From Camelus dromedarius (Eukaryota), in the NCBI RefSeq assembly GCF_036321535.1, contig NC_087447.1, forward strand, positions 37,326,001 through 37,390,000: 64,000 bases of DNA. The letters run 5' to 3'. The notes beneath the pieces are model-generated. The model saw nothing but the letters and a program-made list of their open reading frames with translations, searched no databases and was not told the DNA's origin. A program made the translations under genes and the position numbers. Shown piece by piece: positions 1-11,960 of the stretch; within the stretch, counting starts at the first letter, position 1; every line of letters begins with the position of its first letter.

Positions 1-210
1 TGCAAGATCTAATATTTATTTAAATTAGTTAATCTTCATTTTGATTTATTTAATAAACCACTTAACATTTTTATCCTCTATTAAGAAATAAATGTATTTA
101 AATATATGATATAAAATTTTAGATGTCAATCTAAAAATGGTCAAGTAGGTACAGAAGGGTCAAAATCTTTTAGAGAGTGCATTAAAAAAATTTTTTTTTG
201 AAAATGACTG
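1..210. mobile_element. hAT-Charlie-type DNA transposon terminal fragment (runs off window start)
   Basis: AT-rich stretch ending ...ttttagatgtcaatctaaaaatg...tttgaaaatgactg, resembling the Charlie-family terminus (tttgaagaccactg). Confidence 0.45.
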
Positions 211-422
211 TGGTCATTTACCTGCCAAACAGAGCAGACATTCTCTGTTAAGTGCATCTGCCCAATTGTTGCCTCACTTCTGCTTGGTCCTTCCTGATAC
301 CAAAGCATTGCATTCCATTCCATTCCATGGAACTCTGAGTAGGCAGAATTCTTTAGCTAGAACTCTTATTCTTTAATGTCCTCCAGTGGGCTCCGGCTCA
401 TCCCTCTGGGATCACATGGAGC

Positions 423-585
423 CCTGCTCTTCCAAGTGGGGTCCGCACCCAGCAGCATCAGCATCATCTGGAGGCTTGTTAGATGTGAGGAATCTGAGGC
501 CCTCCCCGATTCTTGCAGAATTAGAGTCTGAATCTCAACAAGTTTCCCAGGTGATCTGTGTGTCCATTAAAGTTTGAGAACTATT
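423..585 (+). mobile_element. MER5A1-like hAT-Charlie MITE
   Basis: ccagcagcatcagcatcatctggaggcttgttaga...aacaagtttcccaggtgatctgtgtgtccattaaagtttgagaac follows the recalled MER5A1 consensus. Confidence 0.85.
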
Positions 586-919
586 CATATAGTATATGTC
601 TGCTCTTTATCTCATACAGAATAGCTTTTCAGCTTTTCAAACAACTACTCAGCTATTTGAAATTAATCTTTTATTTTTTTCCTCCAGGCATTTGATAATG
701 CACTGAACCTCCAAGTAGAAATAAGTGCCGACACACCTAAGGGGTTCTGCACGAGTGAGGCTCAGACCAGGACTGGGCACCAGGTTCCCCTCCAGCCGTG
801 GGGCTTCACCGCTGACCATAACTGGTTAGCTCTGAGGTCAGCTGCAGACTAGAAAGGGCTCTGGCCTTTGAAGCCATCTTCACTATTTACGGGGTGATGT
901 ACTTTGTATTTTAAATGAG

Positions 920-1440
920 ACCCTCCCAAATAGACTCCCTAGACTTAGCAGAAACACATTCACACAACAGAAGTTGTTTTAATATAATAATACAGCTAGA
1001 ATATAATGTGGAAACCAGAAAATTGTTCAGGATGCAAGATAGTTCTAGAGATTATCCCTCAGAGACCAGAGTGGAGTGCTTCTACCCTCTTCTTGCTACT
1101 AACCAATTACCCTAAGTTTTATCTTATAATTTCTGTTTACTCATAGTTTCTGATGTCTCGTGGTGACCAAGTTGGCCTTCTCCTTGTGTCTTTGCCTTCT
1201 ACTCCTGCTATTAATTGACTATCTCAAGTTTAGATATTTGAGAGAGAAGACCTGGTTTGTTAGTTCATAAACAGTGAAAAACCTGTTTATCAGAGTTCTC
1301 CTGATGGAGCAGTTCATGAGGTACTACCCAGCTTATAGAATTGCTGTCTTAGACCTGTGCCCTCCCTAGATCCAATCAGATCCAAGGATGGTGACTTACG
1401 AAGAAGAAGTACCATAGAAAGGGATGTGTGCAAGTCAGGC
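920..1440 (-). mobile_element. Old MaLR LTR remnant (MLT1M/N-like)
   Basis: gagagagaagacctggtttg and gtgccctccctagatccaatcag resemble antisense old MLT1 LTR motifs; highly diverged. Confidence 0.4.
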
Positions 1441-1444
1441 CAAT

Positions 1445-2090
1445 TAGTATATTCTTCAATTCAATTATTTGTTCTTCACATATTTTCTAAGCATGCATTT
1501 TATCCCAGACACAGTGCCCAGGATAAATACAAATGTATATATATTTAAGACATGGTCTCCTGTATTACAAAGTTCACAGTCTAGTGAGACAGGTAAGCAA
1601 GCAGACAAATATCTCTTATAAGAAAAATGCTATCATAGATATCTATACAGGATGCTATGGAGATAGAGGAGGAGAGATGAATTCTACTTGAAGATGATGA
1701 GGGAAGACTTCATAGAGATGACAACAAATGCATTAGGGACTAAGGTATGAGAAGACAATTTTAGGCAGTGAGTCGGGCAGGGTGTGTTTTGAGATGAAGC
1801 TGGCTATGCTTTCTTGGTGTGGCTGGAAATCAGTTTGGGGGCGCAGGGCCAGAATGACTTAACAGGGTAGGGACTAAGTCACTGAGGGCTTTGGAAGCCT
1901 TCGTGAGGAGTTTGGCTGTATTCTGTAGAACAAGAAGAAAATCCTTGAACGACTTTAGCAGGGGAATATCCCAGTTAGAGTTATGTTTTGGAAAGAGACT
2001 ACTTTGATGACAGAAGCAATAAAGGAGACTGGGGTTGAAGGACAACAGAAGATGGAGACTAATTAGAAATCTATTGCACTGAATGAGAAA
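1445..2090 (-). mobile_element. LINE-2 (L2) 3' region
   Basis: Antisense L2 tail and body motifs: aagttcacagtctagtg, gggaagacttcatagag, gaggagtttggctgtattctgtag, gactttagcagggga. Confidence 0.8.
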
Positions 2091-2109
2091 ATGGGGTTTC
2101 AGACAAAGA

Positions 2110-2280
2110 ACAACAAAATAAATGCCACACGTGCTGTTAGTCTCCAACCCAGGTCCACGGCAGACATCATTAATTGATCATGGCACTTCCCCTCTGAGTC
2201 CAGATGAAGTCTTATGTCCTCCTCAATGAGTACACAAGGCTGTCATCGCCAATGGACCAACAGATGAAACCTCTTCGTAA
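2110..2280 (-). mobile_element. hAT MITE (Charlie4z-like)
   Basis: ggcagacatcattaattgatcatggcact...ctgagtccagatg...agatgaaacct matches a recalled short hAT element; subfamily name uncertain. Confidence 0.55.
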
Positions 2281-3729
2281 ATTAGGTCTAGTCCAACTTA
2301 CTGACAGTGGAGATGGGGAGCACGGAGAAGAGGCTGCAAATATTTATGAGCTCCCCCTCCAACCTTCAAGAATCTTCTCTTTGAGTCATTCCAGTTACCA
2401 ATGGTCAGATGTGTGATCACACCCTTCATTTCAGATCACTTGTAATTGAGTAGTGCTTTACACTTACAATATAATTTTTATATTTTAGTTCTCTAACCTG
2501 CAAGAAAGGCAGGGAAAGTAAGGTCCATTTTCCTCTCTTTACAGCCTGAAAACTTGTGGCTTATAGCTCTGGCACTCCTTCAGCACTTTGTGTTCTGAGG
2601 GTACTCATGCCCCTTCAACAGGCATTCACTGAGCAACTATTATCTGCAACTTACACTGCACACTGAGGATACAGCTACATGTGCCCTGGCCTTAGTATTT
2701 CTTTTTATTGCCCCATACTGGATTTATCTGAGTGTACTTGTTTTATACCTTCTTTCAGATTATCAGTTCCCTGAGGGCAATGTCACTGGAAAATGTTATT
2801 GTTCCTAATCACAGCCTAGATGCTGCATAGAACACCCTGAAGAGACCAGGCATGCGGCTGGGATTTGCCTAACCTTGGCTGGAACATCAGAGCTCAGGGA
2901 TTCAATTGCAGATCAGCCCAGAGGTCTGTTTCTGATCAGCTTGACAGCCATCTTTAATGCCTTCTAGTCATTTAACCTGGCAGAGAGTAAAGGCCTCTCC
3001 TCCAAATAGAGTGTAAAACCACAACCACAACCCACAAGGCCTGGAGATGTGCAAATCCAGCGATTACCCAATGGCAAGTACCGGAGTGTGCTGGGAGGCA
3101 GTCTCTTCCAGATCCTCTAAGTCCAGATTACCTTGGATCACATCACACTGGCTCATGATAGACACAATGGGAGGACCGACCAGCGTCATCAGCCCTGAAA
3201 ATTTCAGAACGCTGTGGATGACTCTGACCCTGAATGCTTCTCGGGCCTCAAATGCTCAAATCACTTGGGATTCCACTAGGTGGAGGAGCTGTGGGATTGG
3301 CTGGTGGTGATGTCACAGCCATGCCAGCACCGCCTTCAAGTGGCTGTCTGCCTCTTTCACTAGGCCCCAATCCATCTTGATTTATACATATATTTTATAA
3401 GAGCCAAAGCGACGCTCAAGACATTTCCTCAACCTCAGTCTACTACCACCACCCCAGGCATGAAATAATGTCCCAGAAATACACAGCCTGTCACGTCTTA
3501 TTACCTAAATATAGGTCTGAGAAGCTTCTTGATGCAATAGCATGACGTGAGCACTACCCAGGAATGGCCCCAGGGAACGGGGGACAGAAGGCTATCATCT
3601 CGGCATTCTTAAGCGGAATTATTATCTCCCGGCATCATTCCAATTAAAGCTGAAAAACACAGAGCCATGGTGCCCAGCTCTCCTTCCTGGCATATCAGGG
3701 TAGAAACACAGAAAATGGTATGAACCCTT

Positions 3730-3930
3730 GCTTTGTGCCCCAGGTCTGCCACTCCCTGCCTGAGTGTCTTGAGAAAGTCACTGTCGGAGTTGCAGTTTCC
3801 TCCTCTCTAGAATGAGGGGTAATGATACAACTTGCCAGGTGAGTTTTTGACAGGATCAAGGGACCCAACAGGTTTAAAAGGTTAGAAGGTAAAAATCCTT
3901 TGTATCCTAGAGGAATGCAAATGCTAATAA
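3730..3930 (+). mobile_element. MIR SINE
   Basis: Core-like cagtttcctcctctctagaatgaggggtaatgata. Confidence 0.7.
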
Positions 3931-4699
3931 TTAAAATAACTGCGATAATAATGATATATTTACATTCCTGTTGGAGTCAGTGAAACCCCTATTTTATAGG
4001 GAATGGTAATATCAACATTAAGTATCAACACGTTAGAGTCTCACAGAGGACTCTGACCTCCATTCTCTCCTGTTGTGTTAGTCTCCATCTGTAAAGAGGC
4101 AGGTGTTTCTCACATGGTTCTATGACTTGCCCAAGTCACACAGGCAGTGGAGTCTTATCTCAGGTCCTCTGAGCCCAAACCCCATGCTGTCCATCATGTG
4201 CTGTCTGCCAGTAAGAGTGGGAACGGTGAGGGATCAGCTGTGTGCAGGGATGCAGGAGGAGGTAGGGATGGGACTGCCCATCTCCGTGCTGGATACCTGG
4301 GCCTGGTTCCTCCGAGCTGGGGAAGTTCTAGGCCTTGTCCCACTGAGATGGAGGCAACTGCCGTGCCTGAGCTCCTGTGTCCAAAGTGTCTGTGTTTGTT
4401 GGTCTTACTCTGCTCGGGCCCCCGGTCCCCTGTGCTACGGCAATGGAGCCATCTGAACTCATTCTGCTGTGGCGATCCTGTCTGCTGGTTTTTTGGTGCT
4501 GAAAGAAAACTGTGTCAAGCAGACTCTCTGTGCTGAGGTAGCACTTCCTCCTGGTCACTCTGTGCTCAGGCAGCTGGGTCACCTTGCCCTTCTGCACTAA
4601 AGCATCTCTGTTTCCATCCTTTTTGTTCTCTGAGCAATCTCTGAGCTCTGGTCCTTCCAAGTCCATTTTGGGGGGGCTTGGGATTCTTCCGAGCTTAGT

Positions 4700-5210
4700 C
4701 CTCCTGGGTACGGGTGATTTCTGAGTTCCCCTGGAAACAGAGTCTGAGGCAGAGGCGGCTGTGTGCAGGTAGTTTATTTGGGCAGGGAGAGCACTGGAGA
4801 GAGGCCTGAGGGAGTGAAATGGCATTGGAAAGAAAGTCCACCAGAAGATGTACTCAGGAACTGACCACTGCTGGGAGCATCTGATGCTCATCCCACTGAG
4901 GCCTTCAGAGGAGTCTCTCAGAATATGTGTCTGGGAACTGAGACCTCGGAGAAGGAAGGAAGAGCATATTTATCCATCAGCTTCTCTCCTCAGTTGGTGG
5001 AGGGTGGTCCCCCAGTCATTTGCTTGCCTGTGCTTCCAGTGGTTTGTGCAGACTGCTAACAGTTTGTGGGGTTGCCTCTCATCTTTACATCAGAGAAGCC
5101 TCAGGGCAGGAAGAGGGATGTGTGTGATGTGCAGAGAGACCAAGTAACCCCGTGAGAATCTGTCACCATCCAGGAGAATGCTGGGGTCAGGTAAGTGGTA
5201 CACAAAGGTG
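4700..5210 (-). mobile_element. ERVL LTR (LTR16A-like)
   Basis: gagttcccctggaaacagagtctgaggcag...gtgcaggtagtttatttggg...catatttatccatcagct...ttggtggagggtggtcccc resembles antisense LTR16. Confidence 0.75.
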
Positions 5211-6069
5211 TCCCAGCCCAGAATAGTATCACATGGTCCTTCCTGGGACCAGAATTTCAAGGAGATGCTTGGCCAGAGCCTCTGTGTGGGCATCCAAACA
5301 GACCGATGTGAGGCCATCAGAGGGCACTGTCGCCTTGACTGTACAACCTCAGAGCCCTGGCCTAGAAAGCGTTCACCTGGATTGATGCAGACATACGATG
5401 AGCTCTTGATTCTAGGGTGACCATTTCTATGACCCGAGTCTGCTACCAAGAACAGCACCAGCCATTCAGGATTTAATAACGTGATTCTGACAATGAGACA
5501 CAGTGTGGGAAACGAAGAGGCACTTGGCAGCCTCAACAATGTGCTCCAGGCCTCGGCGAGGGCCACTCCTTCAAATGAAGGGGGGTGTTGAAAATGCAGA
5601 GCAGAAAGATTGATAATTATTCGAAACAAGCTTAAACATTTGGATTGCTCCAACCGCCTTAAATCACTCTGCCATATTTATACTTGACTAGTGTTCTACA
5701 TAACAACTTCCAAATCAAAGACTTTTGAAAAATTTCAATCACTGTGTTTTGAAGTGATTGAGAGCTCAGGGCGTGAGCAGTGTAGAAATAAGGCATATTA
5801 ACATTATTAGCGTGACAAATTTCCTGAAGTAGTTACATTAAGAAATGATCAAGGCCTTAGCCTCTGTTAAGGAGAGGGGGCGGCATGTGGTTCAGCATTT
5901 GGTTTTGAAAGGATCTTAACTGTTTTGAAGCTGAGGGGAGATCAGTGGTCTGAAAATGGGTAATTCCAAATGGATTGTGTTGTCAGGAAGAGACCTTCTG
6001 TCCTATCATGGAGTGAAAGAGAGGGAGATGGGGAGGGAGAGGAGGAGGAAGGGAAGAAACCAGAAACAC

Positions 6070-6470
6070 AGCTCACTGTTATATAGAACTTATCATGTGC
6101 CAGGTGCTAGTCTAAACATTTTACATATATTAAAAATCTACACTGGATTAATCGATCCCATAAGGTAAATACTATTGTTATGCCACTTGACAAGGTAAAG
6201 GGGCAGTTAAACTCCTGTATTTAGATAGTGCAGAAGCTGTCAGATAAACCAGACTCACTCCAGAGTGCCTGCTTTTGAAAGAGGGAAGGAAATCATATTT
6301 CCAGCCCCACAAGGTGACAGAGACATTTTCTCATTTAAACCTGTTAAGAAGCTTCTGAGATTTTGCCTACCATTCAATAGACAAGGAAGCTGAGGCTCAG
6401 ACAGATTGTCCAGTCACATGGCTTGTGAGTGGCAAATACAGAATTTTAATTCAGATCTAACCTTCTGGAC
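6070..6470 (-). mobile_element. Two adjacent MIR SINE fragments
   Basis: cttatcatgtgccaggtgctagtctaaacattttacat; agacaaggaagctgaggctcagacag...gtcacatggcttgtgagtggca. Confidence 0.7.
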
Positions 6471-6739
6471 TTCTAGTTCCCATTTTGGATTGTTTCTTAA
6501 GAGGTGGGTAACACTTGATGTGCAGAAATAACCAAATGATTGTATTATTTACATGTTGAATTTTAGAACTTCTATTTTTTCTATCTACTGAGATCAGACA
6601 ACCAGCCAAAAGAGCTGAGAAGCCAGAGAAAGCCAGTTACAGGAGCAGATCTAAGGCTGGAGCATCCAAGAGAAAGCAGACAGATTGGGGGTCGGATTTC
6701 ATTTGGAATTGCGGATCTGCTTGCTGGCTGGGTGGCCAC

Positions 6740-6890
6740 AAGCAAGTAGAACTTTCTGAGTTTCACTTGGAAAATGGGGGAAATAATGGTTCTCTCACAG
6801 GTTGATGTGTACATAAATAAATGAAAATGTGTATATAACATGCCTAGCACAATGCCTGGTATATAGTAGGTGCTCAGTAAATACCATATG
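6740..6890 (+). mobile_element. MIR SINE 3' half
   Basis: aaaatgggggaaataatgg...gcctagcacaatgcctggtatatagtaggtgctcagtaaata. Confidence 0.8.
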
Positions 6891-7819
6891 CTGAATTGCC
6901 AGGAAAATGGACACCTCTGCCTATAATAACTATAATAATTTCAGGCTATCATACAAGTAACATCCTACCGTAGGTATGGTTCTACCTCCCTGGAGAGAGT
7001 CTGCATGAAATGTAAACTGTTGACAGGCAACATCTCAGGAGGCTCTTGCCTTGAGACTCAGGTAAAGCCCTGGAAATGTAAACTTCCCCCAGGGTTTCAT
7101 ACAGTGAACACTCCGTCCTTGGCCATCAGTTCCATCTCCTTCTGAATGCACCCCCAGAGTCACCATCTCTCTGTTGGGGTGGGCAGAGAGAGACAGAGAG
7201 AGAGCCTGCAGCCTCCTCCTCAGTTCTGAGACACTCATCTGGTGTCAGAAGAGAGATTTCCTATCCCTGACCTCTTTTGCTATTCCAAAAGGGTGATGGC
7301 AAGACTTCTTAAACTTTATGTCATCCACTTCTTAAAAACCCTGGGCTATTGAGATACTAGATAGAAGAAATAGAAGCTCTTGGTTTTCTCTAAGACATTC
7401 TTGCTCAAGGCAGCTGTAACCTTAAACAAGCCTAAATCTTGATAGAACTATTGATACTTTACCTATATTTTCTAATTTAAACCTCACATGAATCCTAACA
7501 AGTCAGAATTTTCCTATCCTTGTTTTAGAGATGATGAAACTATCGGGACAATTAAGTCATCCACATAGTCAGAGTGACTTAATTTAAACAGATAATAATA
7601 GTTACTTAATATTGTTTTGGGAATGTTTTGATGATTGATAAACAGATTAATTCCAAACTGTGTTTCAGATTCTAAATCTATAAAATTGAGAAAACTTGGA
7701 TTAGATGATCTCTTGTTCTCTTTCAACTTGTGTATTCTATAATCTCTACCAAGCTTAGGAAAAGGCAAAGACGAAAGGAAAGAAGAAACATTTCAAAAGC
7801 TTGGACTGTCTGCCAAATG

Positions 7820-8000
7820 GTATGCCAGGCATTTTACACTTAATCTTCCCAAGAAACTTTATGAGAAGGGTATCAGTATACCCTTTGAACAGAAGAAGGA
7901 ATGAGGATTAACAAGTTGAGTTGCCCAAGACCACGAAGCTTGCAGTCAGCAGATCTGGAGCTCCAGTCCTGTCTGAGCACAGAGCCTGCAAACTTTTCTC
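7820..8000 (-). mobile_element. MIR SINE
   Basis: tatgccaggcattttacac...ttgcccaagaccacgaagcttgcagtcagcagatctgga. Confidence 0.7.
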
Positions 8001-8049
8001 TACTTTAAAGCCAGCTGGGCTCTCTAATAATAATGCCTGTCCTGCAAAG

Positions 8050-10290
8050 ACCATATGCCTATGCTTCAGAGACTGAATCTGTCCTGCTTTTCTGTGAGCC
8101 CCCTGCAGCTATACTGGGTTTGGGAGGCTTGAGGGCCCTCACTGGGTTCAGCAGCCTCATCATATAAGGATAAACTCTCAGCTTTTGCCAGAGGTAACCA
8201 TGTGTTATGAACACTGGCATTATGTGGTCAGGTTCTGCAGAGTCAGTGCCAAGGACTTCCCCTCTCAACAGATTACATCAGCCACCTTTAATGTGAGTAG
8301 TGCCCACTGAAGTTGTTCAGTGTGGTAATGCTACCCACAACATCCTCCAAAAGACTTGGGAAATCTCTATTACAACAACCATCCCCTAGGACTAGCTGCG
8401 TATTGAATGTCTGTCTTCCTTGATGGGCGCTAAGCCTTTTGACAGAAGGGACTAGGTTTTATTTATTACCCATAAGTATTAGTTGTATCAATTCACCTAA
8501 TAATGGGTAAACTGGCTGGCCCGTCATATTTAATAGCTCCAGAGCTTACTGGGGTTTGCTAATTTCTCTCTTTAGGTCACAGAGCTGTTTACTGGGTGGC
8601 TCTGCAGTGGACCATACCACGCTCTGTATTTATGAAGATTTCTCGCAATTTTGTGGAGGTATTTTTACCCTAAAGATTGATACGTTTGTCCTTTGGTGCG
8701 TAGTGTCCTTTAGGCTAGGTTGACTTAGAGGAGAATGATACTGAAGTAAGCTTTAGGCAGAGAAGCTCTTGGTTTTCTCTAGGTTGTGGTTGACATTAGT
8801 AAGAGGTCAGAGTTGTAAAGCACATCTTGGTGAGGCGTAGGGGAAGATTTTGGGGGGATGAAAGAAAGGAAGAATCAGCATTGCATCAGGTGGCCAGGAT
8901 GTTTGAGAGCTAGGTAGTTTGAAGAGCATGGTTCTGGACCAAGCCTGAGAGTAGAGATCATGTCCCAAGGTACAGCATTTACCTAGTATCTACTCTGTGT
9001 AATGGGTCTGGGTATGTCAAGGTAAGGTGGTCTCAGTCTGGATCCTCAGACAGTTATGAGAGTTTCTGTTCTGCCTAGCTGCCTTGCCTTCTGCCAAATA
9101 CTAGTGCAACTGGCTGTATTCCAGTGGCCGGAATGAGATTTTGCATTGGTAGTAGCCATAAGGGACAACACTTGGAGGATTTGCTGGGCTTTGACCAAAT
9201 TGTCCTGCATATCACTATGACCAGGGTTCTTGGAGTAAAAATGGGATGAAGAGGCATCCAGCAGGCAATCCTGAGCCCCTGGAGTATATAAACACACCCC
9301 ACCTACCACAGGACAAATGAGGTTATGCGTGTGAAGACTCTTTGTAAACTGCAAGGTGAGACACCAATGTGAGGGTCTTATGGTGACTGTCACCTGTGAT
9401 CTGGACAGAAGTGTTGATGTGGCCTGTGGAGCAATGAAGTCCATTCCCTGGTCTGAGATTGTGTGAATCCTCAGCGTTAAGAAACCAAGACCAGGCCCTT
9501 GAACTACTAGCCAAGCCTTGAAATGCAGATGATTACTCAACTTCAACTTTGTTTCTTTTGGGTTTTGTGAGAAAGGCTGGCTGCGTATGGGAGGGAGTGC
9601 ACAGGAGGAGTACCACAATGAAAGTAGCCCAAGGCCCTCTGCAACCCTATCTCCCTTGCCCTCATTTGTCATGGCTCCCATCCTCTTCGTAGTCAAGCCT
9701 TTTCCTTGGCCAGCTTCCTGGGTGGACTTCTGTAGAAGTTGGATGATTATTGGAGTATTGGATTCCTATAGCCCTGGACCGAGCCCAGAGCCTGCACTGC
9801 TGTTCATGTTTGATCTCCCATTCAAGTTTCCGGAAGAAGCTGGCAGAACTGAGGATCAAAGATTTCTCCACTTGCTTCTTCTTCTCCCCTATGACAGCCT
9901 CTGTGCTAGCAGTTTAGCGCAGCTGCAAATTAACTCCTCATCTGATCAAATGCTCAGAATTTCTTCCATCCTTGTGGAAAGGGCAGTTCAGATGGACCCA
10001 AGGTTTCAGAGAAGGGGATTTTTGTTTTGGCTTGAAAGTACCTGCAGGTAAAGATAATAGTTTGGTTTTCTTCCACGCCAAGGGGCTTCAGGGTAGCCTG
10101 CTTACTCCTGCCAACTGATCTGGTTTGCTGGACAGAACTCCTTATGGGGAGTTTTCCCATAAACACGAAGAACTTGGATGCTTCCACTGGAACATCTTGG
10201 TTTCTGAAATGTTCAAACTGGAGACTTAAGTTTTCAGCAATGACTTGGGCTCTCCATGGAGTAGTCATATTACTGTGCAAAAATGCATAA
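8050..10290 (-). mobile_element. Highly decayed LTR-retroelement internal region (Gypsy/MamGyp-int-like gag-protease fossil), interrupted by small L2 (~8390-8480) and MIR (~9300-9380) pieces
   Basis: On the minus strand, in retroelement order: long open frames (9954-10280, 9046-9696), degenerate CCHC knuckle YLALKHPGHLMQC* (8916-8875), degenerate protease F-I-N-T-(G)-A (8636-8620), then a GQ..LPII(G)EL-like segment (~8525-8486). Confidence 0.45.
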
Positions 10291-10469
10291 CCAGAGAATA
10301 TTATTTCCTGGTACCAAAACTCTACTAATTGTGATACCTTTCTCCCCTCTGGGCCTCAATTTCCTAAGTCAGGCCATCATTCAGAAAAGAAATAGTTCTC
10401 AGTTGCCTACTGTGTCTGGTGCTGTGTTGGTCTCTTTTCCCCCAAAATTTGAGGTCTAAAGCTTTACTC

Positions 10470-10625
10470 TGCAGTCTTTAAAGTGTTTACAAGTCACCCA
10501 GGGATCATGTTAAAACACAATTTTGATTCTGTTGGTCTGGGATAGGGCTGAGCTTCTGCATTTCTAACAAGCTCCTGTGTGGTGCTGATGATGCTGGTCA
10601 TTAGAATCCACTTTGAGGAGGAAGG
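10470..10625 (-). mobile_element. MER5-family hAT MITE
   Basis: gtcacccagggatcatgttaaaacaca...ttctgcatttctaacaagctcctgtgtggtgctgatgatgctggtc...cactttgag. Confidence 0.8.
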
Positions 10626-10979
10626 GTCTGGAGGAGGTAGTAAGCTAATGTAGATTGAGAGAATTTCCAACAGATTTTAGCATTGATTTAAATGGAAGTC
10701 TAATATATGACAGATAAAAATGGACTTATTCTGGTTGAGGGAGGGCATCATTATGGAATCCTTGAATATATCCAGCTCAGACTTCCTCCTTTGCCTATGC
10801 CCCTAGCCTCATCCACTGATGAATAAACCCATAAGGCACCTCTGTGTCCATCTATGCCAGGCACCGCTGGAAGCCCAGAGCGATGGATGGTCTCTGGATG
10901 TGCTTCTCATATTCTGTCAATGAGGATGATGTAGAGAGGTGTCATTTACACTTTAAGGGCAGGAAGGAAACACGGCCCC

Positions 10980-11387
10980 TGTGATGGTTAATTTTACATG
11001 TCAAATTGGCTGGGCCACGGTACCTATATATTTACTCAAACATCAATATAGATGTCACTGTGAAGGTATTTTTTAAGATGAGATGAACATTTATATCAGC
11101 AGACAGTGAGTAAAGCAAATTGCCTTCTATATCTTGGGTGGGCCTCAATCAATCAGTTGAAGGCTTTAAGAGAAAACAGACTGAGGTCCCTAGAGAAAGG
11201 TAATTCTGTCTCCAGACTGCTTTCAGACTCAAGCTCCTCCCCGAATCTCCAGTCTACTGGCCTGCCCTGCAGATTTTGGACTTGCCAACTTCTATAATTG
11301 TATTAGCCAATTTCTTAAAATAAATATCCCAATCTCTCTCTCTTTCACTCTCTTTTCCTGTTTCTCTGGAGAATCCTAACTAATACA
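10980..11387 (+). mobile_element. Solo ERVL LTR (MLT2D-like)
   Basis: Starts tgtgatggttaatttta, ends ctctggagaatcctaactaataca; aataaa inside; 5-bp TSD gcccc/acccc. Confidence 0.92.
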
Positions 11388-11559
11388 ACCCCTCCCAGTA
11401 CAAAGGAGTTTATTGAAGTAATACCCTCTCTTCTAGTATACAGTACCTGTGATCATTTGACTCTCAAATATGTGATCTGTGGTTCTTGATGCTATGTGTG
11501 GCTCCTGTGGCTTGAACCTCTGGAGGACCCACACTGGCCCTCTTGCTATACCACCTTTT

Positions 11560-11710
11560 GTTATAGTGGAATCTGGAACATGGCCTCGGCCTAGACTCAG
11601 GACATCTGGGTTGCTGTCTTGATTCTACTACAAATACACTATGCGGTGCGGCAAGTTAGGCAAGTTACTTCTGACAGCAAAGAATTTCTTGCTTTACAAA
11701 ATGATATGAT
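11560..11710 (+). mobile_element. MIR SINE
   Basis: ggcctagactcaggacatctgggttgctgtcttgattctactac...ggcaagttactt. Confidence 0.6.
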
Positions 11711-11719
11711 AGTTATATG

Positions 11720-11960
11720 ATAAATGATTTTCTGAAGAATATTAGGAGCCTTTGGGAAAAGGTCTTCTAGCATCAAATAAGTTTGGAAGATGTTGCATGC
11801 ACCAGCCCCTTCTCAGAGAGTCACACTGAACATTCATTTCAAAGGCCCTGAAAAGTCCTGTAGCAAAGAATTCTACTTAATTTTTTTCTCAAGCTTATTT
11901 GATGCTCAAATGCTAACACCTACTAAATCTACTGGAGACATATTTTGGGACATGTAATAC
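11720..11960 (-). mobile_element. MER103C-like hAT-Charlie element
   Basis: tcaaataagtttggaagatgttgcat...aaaggccctgaaaagtcctgtagcaaagaa...cttatttga. Confidence 0.7.

Noticed and set aside
306..332. (CATTC)3 as satellite or TEAD array
   Set aside because: Too short to distinguish from a chance pentamer repeat.
4103..5653. Cluster of 100-187 aa ORFs
   Set aside because: Overlap MIR and LTR16-like repeats on both strands; no protein-like signature.
9046..9696. 216-aa ORF as a functional domesticated gag gene
   Set aside because: The frame runs through a MIR fragment and the downstream knuckle/protease motifs are broken; treated as a fossil only.
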